Shown piece after piece: positions 13,321 through 23,753 of a stretch of 27,040 bases of DNA. The number at the start of each line of letters is the position of its first letter. The stretch's first letter is position 1. Under the pieces are notes generated by a model that searched no databases, was not told the DNA's origin, and was given only the letters and a program-made list of their open reading frames with translations. The stretch is from NCBI GenBank assembly GCA_024626585.2, contig JANKJI020000004.1:142192146-142219185 (forward strand), in the 5' to 3' direction. The position numbers and the translations under genes were made by a program. This DNA is from Ginkgo biloba (taxonomy: Eukaryota; Plantae; Ginkgophyta).

Positions 13321-13792
13321 AATGTAAGAGATTTAGTCATGGTATTTTTATGAAAATATATATTTTCGTCAAGGACATATAACAAATTAAAGTATAAGAA
13401 AATCATACCATGTCGAATCATAAAGAAGGTGAATGAGAATACATATAAGGTGGATTTTCTCGATGACTACGATATCTCACCAGTGTTCAATGTGGCCGAC
13501 ATATATAGATATTCATGCAATGATAAAGAGTTGGAAGATGAATTAGAGGATTGGCAACAACAACTGCTGAAGAAAAAGAGGAAATAAGTTGAGAAAGTAT
13601 TAGAGTGAATGGTGATAATGACAAGAACGAATCACTACAACAAGTACCTGGTAAAGTCAAAGGGATTAACATAGGAAGACAACACTTGGATCACTGAAGA
13701 AGATCTTCAAAGGCTAGATGAAGACAAGTGGACGAGTTTTGAAGAAAGGCATGAACTAGAGATTATGTAAACTCTATACTAGGGGAGGATGA
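13321..13792 (+). mobile_element. Ty3/gypsy chromovirus (CRM-like) integrase C-terminus, chromodomain and PPT
   Basis: One frame with stops: NVRDLVMVFL*K..TYNKLKYKKIIPCRIIKKVNENTYKVDFLDDYDISPVFNVADIYRY..VEKVLE*..YNKYLVKSKGLT*EDNTWITEEDLQRLD. PPT AGGGGAGGATGA at 13781-13792. Confidence 0.9.
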
Positions 13793-14735
13793 TGTAGGAG
13801 CATCATTAAATTTTGGATCGATGATAGTTAATTTTGAAGTGGTCGACAAGTGGGTGAATATCGATGGTTATACTTATCAACGACAGATAGACAAAGAGGT
13901 AGCTAATAATGATAGGAAGATAATTGCTAGTGATAACCGTAGGAGCACACTAACAACAATAGACGATGGAGAAGATTGGCAACAACCATTAGAGGTAGCA
14001 TCTAAATCGTTGAGGAAGAACAATAGATAGAGAATCGACAATAACATCATAAAGTAGACACATAGAGACTTGTAGTTATGGTGGGAGCTTTTAAAATTCA
14101 AGCATTAATGACGATAGTTAGAGGATACCTACTAGAGGCTTCATCATCTATGAAGTAAGAGTAAAGGAAAATTTAATGCTTCACCAACTACGNNNNNNNN
14201 NNNNNNNNNNNNNNNNNNNNNNNNAGTTTTGGGTGCTAAGAGAACCTTCTGGAAAGGGAGGCGAAGATTTGACAAGGGGTTGAGAGGGCAAGGAGAGAAG
14301 AACACAGAGAGAGAAGGAGTTATGCAGGAACCTAGTGACTTTTGAGAAAAAGAAATAATGTGCAGTTATTCCTCCTGACCAAGGAGAGTGTTTTATAACT
14401 TTATTTCTCTATATTATGTATGTAAAACCCTCAGGGGTTATGTTTAAGGAAAGAATACCATTTCTTGTTGGGATTTCTCTTTTCCATCTATGTACTTTTG
14501 TTGGCTCTTGCATCAATTCACTACAACAAAAACCAATGTGTTTTAATTTTCTATCTTCTAACTCTTATGGGAGAGTTATCATCTTTACTTGATCCCTTAT
14601 TGGAACCTACTCAATGTTTATTTTCATTGAGGTGCTATATGAAAATCATGGATAGCTTTGTGTCCAAAATTAGTTTATCTTGCTAAACACATTGCCTACT
14701 CGAGTGTTTGGGGGTGGTGTTTCCATAGTTCTACT
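13793..14735 (+). mobile_element. 3' LTR of the CRM-like element (right boundary uncertain)
   Basis: Starts TGTAGGA directly after the PPT. The candidate end TTCTACT (14729-14735) is a 5/7 match to the inverted terminus TCCTACA. Confidence 0.6.
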
Positions 14736-15475
14736 TTTATTTATAAGCATAAGTGGTTGATGTAAAAGTTGAGCACACTCAAATTGTCCATTCTTAATTT
14801 AGTATGAAGAATTTCAAACTTATTTGTGCAGGCTTATACTAATTGATTGAGTTGGAAAAAAATTGCTAATTGGATATTATATGGATCACCCCAATTTCAA
14901 TCTTCCCTTGTAAAAATGTTCGTTCTAAATTGAAGTATACAATGTTGGTTACCACATGCAAATTATACCATTGCATTCCCTATATATGAGCATATGATTC
15001 TAGTTGGTTAGGATAAAGTGCACCTTTTTAACATCAAACAATATGTTGGTGTTGATGAATGTTATCTCTAACTTTGATATCATGTAATTATGGTGGCTTA
15101 GGTTGTAACCAGTACATAATTCCACCTGTTGCTTCTCTAGTTACTTTAGTTCCTCTCATTGATTATGTTTTTTTCTATGATTGTGGCTATGATTGTTGTT
15201 GATTCTATGATGGGCCAAATTATTGGTGCATTTGAGAAGAGAATGTTGTTACCTTAGTTTGTTGCTACTGTGATAATATTTACTTCACTTTTCTATATCT
15301 TGTTGTAAATGGTTTGCCATCTCGGCTCTAATTAGTTCATTTTTATTTTAACAACATGTTGATTCTTTTAGATAATTCTTCATTATTGTATTCTGCTATA
15401 GACAGACTATCTTCCGTGCTATCTATATTTTTCAAACTTTTTGGCTATGTTTGTATTGGCATATACAGGTAGGAT

Positions 15476-16015
15476 TACTATGAGAATCTAATAAAACTTG
15501 TATTGACCCAAATGGGTGATTATTAATGATCATAGATACTAGCAATGTAAAAAGATGATTCACACATATAATTTGATATAAATTTAAATTATTTTTAAAA
15601 TTCACCATTAAAATGTTGCTAGTCCTTGGTAGTTTAAAGAGAGATTAAATCAGAATCAAGATTACAATAGAATTAGATTTTTGGTTTTAAAGAAAGATGA
15701 AGCACCTTCTTCCTAAGCATTCTTTTCCCTATAAAAAGATAAGTAAGAACTTTTGAATTGGATTGATAAGAGAAAGGGATAGAATTGGGCCTATTTATAG
15801 GCTAGAGTGTAACTCTTTATACCAAGTTATTCTTGGGTTGGCTAAGGTTGTTGTCTTGCTTTCAATTATACTTGAGTACCTTAGAACTCTAGCACCCTTA
15901 ATTTATCTTTTCTAGATGGCTTACTTAAGTTATTTTAAGGTGCTTAAACTCATGGCAAGTACACTTCTTTAAGGATTAACTACTCTAGATTATATTGTGT
16001 TTTAGGAACAAAAAA
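15476..16015 (-). mobile_element. Diverged second copy, probably a solo LTR, of the 12334-12861 LTR family
   Basis: Collinear shared blocks at a near-constant offset of about 3.15 kb: TAGATACTAG (12381/15533), CCTATTTATAGGCTAGA (12635/15790) and TTTTAGGAACA (12846/16000). No PBS or PPT is seen next to it. Confidence 0.8.
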
Positions 16016-16139
16016 AAAGTGGCGATGAGTTATGACATATTTTAGTTACAAATTGTGGCCTGAGTTTATGATATGATGACTAGCATTATCAGTTACCATA
16101 CACAAGAATGGACTCAGTAGAATGGTCAATGCAACTTTA

Positions 16140-16960
16140 ACAAAGAGGAGAACTTGTGATTCTAATGGGTGATAAGCATATTTATGCATCAAATGGAGTG
16201 ATCTTATCTTATATTCAAGAAGGAATTAGGAGTCAGAAGTTATACCCCATTCTAAAAAAAGGAATGTACGTTTTTGTGTGGGAAGACTTGTGGGTAGTGG
16301 GTGGGTACAAACAGAAAAAAATGTAATTGACTTAGAAGTCTCCTTGGAATACAAAGTGAGATGGTCATCGAGTGTGCTTGATGATGAGTGATGTGGACAC
16401 AAACTATTGAAGTAATCCACAATATAGTTTTAGCACTAATATAATTGGCATCTAACTTAAGATTAATTGAGGTGAGTTGGCTAACATGATGCCAATGTAT
16501 ATATTACCTATGACATTAACAGAGAAGGAGAAAATTATATGAATATGATGGTGATGGATCTAACATGGCATTAAAGAGAACATGAAAATAAATAAATGTA
16601 TTTTATAAGCATGTAAGCATTATTTTAGGCACATAGTGATTTTTTATAACTTTTTACATGTGGTGCCATGATATAGTTTACTCATAACAACTAGGCTTAC
16701 ACTAATAAGGGTCATTGTGATGATGAAACTTAGAGCATGAAAAAATTGACTTTGTATTATAGATAATAAAATATTAGAGCAACATGATATTAGAGAAGTA
16801 TTACCACATTTTTACCTAGATGCATCAACGAAGGAAAAGTATGGTGATTATACATCTTGAAGGAAGGCAATACACATGAACATAGATATAGAAGATAAGA
16901 ATACATACAAATTGATAGTGCTAACATATTTAGGGCATAGACAAATCTATAAGTGATCAT
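16140..16960 (+). mobile_element. Eroded Ty1/copia pol fragments (post-protease and pre-RT segments)
   Basis: VILMGDKHIYASNGV and IPHSKKRNVRFCVGRLVGSG resemble V.MGD...GIG and HVP.L.RNLISVG.L. The segment *RKAIHMNIDIEDKNTYKLIVL resembles W..AM..EM....N.TW.LV.L. Confidence 0.35.
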
Positions 16961-17073
16961 GACATGCACTAATTAGATGAAAAGTGAATCCATACGCCTT
17001 AGAATGCGATTTAGGATCATGTGATGGTGGTTGTTATACACCTAGATAAAAGGTAATACATAAGGTAGAGATT

Positions 17074-17560
17074 AAACACCTATATGGAACATGATTCCCA
17101 TGGTACTGTGAATCTTATTTTTGGCTCATTGGATTTTAATATTAGTATTTGGTTATAGTGGGCTAATCCATCCATTAGAGAGAGTACTCCTTAATTAGTT
17201 GACCGATCATTGACATCCTCTATAAAAGGTATTAGGTAATTGTTAGACATCATTGATCGTGATCTTGTTGAGATCTTGGTAGTCTACACACATACAGAAG
17301 GACCCATCCTTCTTCCTTACCAAGATTACTAGAGTAGAGAATGGGTTATTTTTTTCTATGATATCTCCAGCATCCAATAGTTCTTGCATAAGTTTCTCAA
17401 TCATGTTGTTCTATTAGTAGGGGTACTTGTAAGGATGAATATTATGAGGGATTCTCCTAGCTCATAGATCAATGGCATGATCTTGCTATCTTTGTGGTGG
17501 AATATCCTTGGGTAGCTCCTCAAAAATTATTTTTTGTTTGTTTAGTATCCTCTTAACTGG
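17074..17560 (-). mobile_element. Ty3/gypsy reverse transcriptase N-terminal fragment, apparently chimeric
   Basis: First part: IFEELPKDIPPQR*QDHAIDL..NIHPYKYPY**NNMIEKLMQELLDAG..NPFSTLVILVRKKDGSFCMCVDYQDLNKITIND. After a frameshift: NNYLIPFIEDV..VLSLMDGLAHYNQILI..KIRFTVPWE. Confidence 0.9.
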
Positions 17561-18699
17561 AGCTCCATATTAGTAAGATCTTCAGTTATTGTTATAGCAT
17601 AACATCTAGCATTGAATATTCTTACCTCCCTCTTTAGTAACTTCTCCATCCTGTGGGATGTGATTACTTATGTTGGTGGTACAGTGNNNNNNNNNNNNNN
17701 NNNNNNNNNNNNNNNNNNNNNNNNNNNNNNNNNNNNNNNNNNNNNNNNNNNNNNNNNNNNNNNNNNNNNNNNNNNNNNNNNNNNNNAAAATTCACATAAC
17801 AAGTCATACATGTTGGAGATTTGCATGCAAGTGTGGATTTAACACATGGTAAACATTGCAAAGTTACATAGCTAAGACTTGTGAGTCTATATAAAAACAC
17901 TCAACTAATGTATATGACGATGAATCAAAAGTAAATTTAAGAGAAGAACTATGTAAAATGAATTGATATAAAACTCTACATATAATTCCCTGTGAATTCA
18001 GGGCCTATAATTCCACCTTAAAAAGAGGGTCATTTTTAACATATCAATCATGTGTCCTTACCTACTAGGAAGCAAGGACAATTAATGATCATATATTTGA
18101 AGGACTCTTATGTGTAATAAGAAGACTTAATACATTATAAAAGAAAAATAGAACATTGATTATGTTTTCATACAATACTTCATATCAAAGATTATCTTGA
18201 AATAAGTTGTAAAAGATATAATTTAACATTTTTAATCCCTTCAATGAAAATATATTGATTAGAAAAGAAAAATTAAGTTTCTCTCTTACGAAGGTGGTTG
18301 ATAGAATTGCTAGTGACACATATTACCAGTAACCTCTCAAATAAACATACAACGAGTTGACAAAAAACAAAGTACAAAAATGAGAATAGAGCATAGACCG
18401 ATTCATAAATGGTAATTCATGAACTACTTTATCATATCAAATAAAGAGAATCAAGAGAACACAAATTTGAAAGGATTGTATGAAGACTCAAATCTTTGGC
18501 CTAAAACAAATAGTTATATCAAACATAGATTTTGTGAAACAAGATGTCCACAATCATATAGTCAGTATAGGTTGCTTCCTTGATGGTGATTGAATAAGGA
18601 AAATACAATATGTCACTTAAATAAGATTTTAGTACTTTTGTTCAAAGTAGAGCCTCTTAAAAAACTAAAAAACATAATTATAACGATTCATATTGTTTT

Positions 18700-20650
18700 A
18701 AATCAATGCCATAGACATGCACATAGAGTGCACTAGTTATGAAAAGGTAAACCAAAATATGAGGATATTATATCATGCGTAAAATGATCCTAGCCTTGTA
18801 CATTGAGGTTTTGCATGTTTTCTCCAAATGTATGTGGCTCTTAACCAATTTATATCCATGTTCATGTATTTGGAATCTAGTGCAACCTTCTTTGAAATTG
18901 ATTTTTGTGTAGTCCTTTAATGAAGAATAACACCTAAAACAACATGAGCATTTATTTTTATGACAACCCCTGTAACCATGTTATTGCATCTCTTGACCTC
19001 AACATATCTACCTATTCATATTGATTTTAATGATGAATACCAAAGCATAAATCATTAATGTGTCTCTTCACATTGCAAACTAATTATGATCATCAAATAA
19101 GTGTATGCTTCTATTATTACTTTGCATGCTTTGTCGAGAAACACTACTAAGCATTCTCAATTGATCACTCTGAACAATGTTTGGTGGAGACCAAGTGCAT
19201 AAAGTTCCACTTGTGTTCATGTTCTTAGAATCCAATGTGTACTTGCCTAATATTTCTTTTTNNNNNNNNNNNNNNNNNNNNNNNNNNNNNNNNNNNNNNN
19301 NNNNNNNNNNNNNNNNNNNNNNNNNNNNNNNNNNNNNNNNNNNNNNNNNNNNNNNNNNNNNNNNNNNNNNNNNNNNNNNNNNNNNNNNNNNNNNNNNNNN
19401 NNNNNNNNNNNNNNNNNNNNNNNNNNNNNNNNNNNNNNNNNNNNNNNNNNNNNNNNNNNNNNNNNNNNNNNNNNNNNNNNNNNNNNNNNNNNNNNNNNNN
19501 NNNNNNNNNNNNNNNNNNNNNNNNNNNNNNNNNNNNNNNNNNNNNNNNNNNNNNNNNNNNNNNNNNNNNNNNNNNNNNNNNNNNNNNNNNNNNNNNNNNN
19601 NNNNNNNNNNNNNNNNNNNNNNNNNNNNNNNNNNNNNNNNNNNNNNNNNNNNNNNNNNNNNNNNNNNNNNNNNNNNNNNNNNNNNNNNNNNNNNNNNNNN
19701 NNNNNNNNNNNNNNNNNNNACATAAACAAAGCAAAATGAGAGATTAAATTGGTTTATCCTACATCCCTTACCCAAGCCCAACATTCTCACCAACCACTAT
19801 ACAATGCTTCTATCTCAAATCTCAGATCTAAGCTTGGAAGCAACCACAATCCCATTTTTAAATGATTGCTTTTTATTCACGATATGATATGATTGTCAAT
19901 GTCCTTGATGAATTTAATGCATGTTACAATTGTAATATAGATTACATTCAACATCAAATTGGGATTAGTGCACCGTCACCAACATTGCTTAATGATTTTC
20001 ATATCCCAAGTTCTCAAATTGAATATAACCACACTCGTATTTCAAGTATTGCTTGTCTTCCTTGATATGATGCAATGCCACCTTAAATGAGCTAAAATGC
20101 ATTCCACTTCACTTTGTAGCATAATTGAAGATGCAACTAAAATGTTAATCTTTACATCATGATTTCAATTTAGATCATTGTTTGCTCACATGCCAAAGTA
20201 GTCCATAGCTTCAAAACATTCCGGGCAAGATTCAAACTCATGCCAACCTTGTAAAAGATATCATTTTTAATAAACCTAGTGAAAACAATTACTCTCCCAA
20301 GGGCATCAAACGATGCCTCACTAGTAGCTTCCTTGCGGTCATTGATAATAGCTTAGAAGATGCATCTCTTGGAGTGAATTTGAGATTACCAAGAAGAATC
20401 CACAAGGCGGCCCTATTGTCGATTTCCTTAACAACATTTCGACCATATCAAATTGATGGCATTCTTCTAATGGCAATTTGGCATTCATTGATGGTCAACA
20501 TAATTTGGGAGACTTTATTGCTATGGATGCTAGGTAGGAGACAACATGACCTTATGAGCTACATCAAAATCAAGGATTCCATCATTGGGTCCAATAAGGA
20601 GCCCAATGCTAGTTGTACAATCTTGAGGTTATCATCCTTTTCTTTTCATT
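18700..20650 (-). pseudogene. Possible ancient ankyrin-repeat/PGG-domain (ACD6/ITN1-like) gene relic
   Basis: Weak, frameshifted but collinear motifs: YGRNVVKEI, KVALHHI, QGH*QSYHI..FKNGIVVA, KNMNTSG/LHLVSTKH, NN/EAYTYLMI, then INAHVVLGVI/TKINFKEG and a hydrophobic stretch. Interrupted by a 458-N gap. Confidence 0.25.
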
Positions 20651-20849
20651 ATTTTACTCTATTTGCATTAATTAGTTTAGACAAGTTTAGGTCACAAATA
20701 CTCTAAAGATTCCCACCCCACCTAATTTTGGTCACATGTAGATGCAATATACTTTCCTAGATTCTTCTCNNNNNNNNNNNNNNNNNNNNNNNNNNNNNNN
20801 NNNNNNNNNNNNNNNNNNNNNNNNNNNNNNNNNNNNNNNNNNNNNNGGC

Positions 20850-21064
20850 AAAGCATACGCATGAAACTTAATTTTGATTTGGCAAATTGCATCCTTACCA
20901 ATATGTAATAGTTTTTTAACATTTTGGTGCAAGCCATATAAAAATGTGTTCTAATCGTCTCTAATATACAGTATAAACTAATCACAACTTGAGGATTGCG
21001 GATTTCCTCCATTTGGGGAGGGGGTGTTTGATAATGAGAGAGAGATGAAGTGTTTGATAATGAG
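20850..21064 (+). mobile_element. Ty1/copia 3' end: RNase H tail, PPT and LTR start
   Basis: CILTNM**FFNILVQAI..KL..IWGGGV resembles Y.PT..Q.ADI.TKAL..LRGGV. PPT GGGGAGGGGG at 21015-21024 is followed by TGTTTGATAATGAG. Confidence 0.55.
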
Positions 21065-21601
21065 TGATATGTTATTGAGACAAGTATGCATGTGAACCTA
21101 GAGTTACAACAAAGAGATAATAAAATCCAATGAATACACACAAATTAGAATTGTAATTGGGTAGGAACGGGCTTGGAATTTGACGTCTACTCTTGCCCTC
21201 CGAGTTAAATTTTGATGACGTTTTTAATAAGAATATTGCAGTTCAATTAACATTTAAAAAAAAATGAATGGCTATCAACATGAATTGTTTACCATATGGC
21301 TCGTATTAAGTCTTAGCCCCTTTGAAGTCTTCTTGATGGTGTCATGATGATGGTAAGGTCACATGACCAATGGCTTAATTTCTATTGCAAGCACTAAGGA
21401 GTGTTNNNNNNNNNNNNNNNNNNNNNNNNNNNNNNNNNNNNNNNNNNNNNNNNNNNNNNNNNNNNNNNNNNNNNNNNNNNNNNNNNNNNNNNNNNNNNNN
21501 NNNNNNNNNNNNNNNNNNNNNNNNNNNNNNNNNNNNNNNNNNNNNNNNNNNNNNNNNNNNNNNNNNNNNNNNNNNNNNNNNNNNNNNNNNNNNNNNNNNN
21601 N

Positions 21602-22620
21602 AATTAATACTCATGTTCTTCTTCCCAAATTATGCCATCGAGATCAAGTTTGCATTCAAGCCAGGTACATAGAGAACATCATCTATGTATGTAACTTTTT
21701 CTGCCTTTGGCATAATAATGGGTGCCTATCTAATACCTTTTGCCTTCATCATTGTGTCATCTCCCAAAGTAACTATCTAACCTTTATCCTCCCATAAATG
21801 TTTGAACCATTCTAATCTACATGTCATGTTCCTAGTTTCTCCAAAGTCTATTTATTGACATCATCCTATTGTACTTAAGAATCCATCAATAGCTTCTTCT
21901 CTTTGTCACCTTCCATAGATGATGGAGCTCCTGAATAGTGACCTTATTGTCCTCATATTTTCTTCTTTGAATGGAGTTACTTCTATTACTATTATTGATG
22001 TTACTTTTATAATAATTGACAGTCCTTCCTTAGATGCCCATGTTTTCCATAGTGCCAACACTTCAATTTGAATTATCCCCTAGAACTCTCTCTCTAAACA
22101 TTGGGTTCATACAGTTAGTTCCTCTTCTTACCAGGGAAAAAGGGTTGTTTCCCCTTAAATTTAGTAGTGAACACTCTAGATGGCTCCACACTATGATCTT
22201 TTATCATATGCTCCTACTAAAGTAGTAGACCCTCCAACTCATTGAATGACATAGTTGTTATCTTTCTAGCAATGGTCAAAATGGTTATGAATCTTTCATA
22301 ACTCATAAGCAGACTTCCCAGAATGGAAGTGATAAACTTAGCATCTTTAATCTTATTTCCAATTATATTCAACTATTCCTTGATTCCCTTGACCTGATGC
22401 AGATGATTTATCATTAATCCTCTAATTTTGATGCTATATAGTTGATTTCTCAGTGTCAAAACTATAACATCATTCTTGTGTTCATATAAGGAGGTGATTT
22501 CACTCCAATCCTCCTTCAGTGTATTGACATCCTTAACATTCATGATCAAGTTACCACCCACTAGCAAGTTGATGAAACTTAGAGTTATTCTGCACTTGGC
22601 CTAAACCTCAACCACTTGTT
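21602..22620 (-). mobile_element. Ty1/copia gag-protease remnant
   Basis: gag-like: NLIMNVKDVNTLKEDWSEITSLYEHKN..LTLRNQLYSIKI..*LNIIGNKIKD..LGSLLMSYERFIT..SFNELEGLLL. Protease: *IDFGETRNMTCRLEWF..VTLGDD..KAKGI..IDDVLYVPGLNANLISMA. Confidence 0.88.
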
Positions 22621-23753
22621 TCAGTTATGGAGAATATGAAATGGTATCGAGTACAAACCCTGCCTGGTTGACAAATTTGCAAGAACTTTGGTTGAAGTTT
22701 CAACTAAAGAAAGATGCAAATAACCATAAAATACCTCCAACCTTCATACTGAGAAATTTGGTAATTTGATCCCGACTTAAAATTCTGATTAGATCCTCCC
22801 ACCCCCTATCTGTCTACTACAATAAAATGCCTTCTGAAACAGGTCCATGGTACAAACCAGAAAAAACGACAAGGAATTATACCAAGTTTTTTCAACATAC
22901 ACACCATAGGTACTGATCATGCCTCGTAGAGACTGTCATAGCTAGATCAAACATTGATGTGTGCAAAGCTACTACTACCACCAGGCAATGCAAGGGACTG
23001 ATGAACTAAGAAATACATCAAACACACAAAGTGCAAAGGCAAAATGAGTCGACTATGGGTATTTACAAAAACATGCAGTAGACAAACATCCATCTTCAAT
23101 AGGATAAAATAGGTAGAACAGAGAAAATGAAATCCAGGTAATAGATGATGCTATTTCTATTCATCACAATATTTCTACTCATCCATGTCATTTTCCTACA
23201 CTTTTACTCTGCATTCTTTTCAAGGAAAAATTGGTTGATATGAGAATTATCTCAACACAAGAAAAAGATCTTTAAGTCCATGCTCATGATAAATATTCAC
23301 ATTACATGTCCATATTGGTTTGGTTTTGTCTAGGGCTTTCCACAAAACCAATACTGATTACATCTAGATAAGCCTAAGATGGCTGAAAAAATATACCATC
23401 AACAGGACTAATTCAATGCTGGGAGATTTCTGTTGAAAGCATTCATTAGTATTTTTTCGACTAAATACGATTTCAAAATGATAATATAAATGTGATAGCA
23501 CAGGTAAGATCACTGCTTATAAATTTCTTAAAAACACCTTTGTGCGAAGATATACATTCGAAAGAAAATCCATTAAAAATTTACATAACCTCATGCATAC
23601 CCAAAAAATATAATTTTAAATACTTTTCGTGAATTTGTGTACATTAACATGTCACAAAAAATATTATAAATTTCTATGCACTCAAGCATTTTGAAATGTT
23701 GCAACAGTCAAGTTGACGTTAGGTTAAGGCAAAACAGTAAATAACGATGTACA

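Noticed and set aside
13821-14101. ORFs 13821-14030 and 13877-14101 as genes
   Set aside because: They lie inside the LTR that follows the PPT and have no protein motifs.
21375-21405. PPR-like peptide TLLSAC on the minus strand
   Set aside because: Only six residues next to a gap, with no supporting repeats.
4657-21797. Long ORFs rich in X (for example 4657-5292, 19080-19793, 21363-21797)
   Set aside because: They are artifacts of reading through N gaps.
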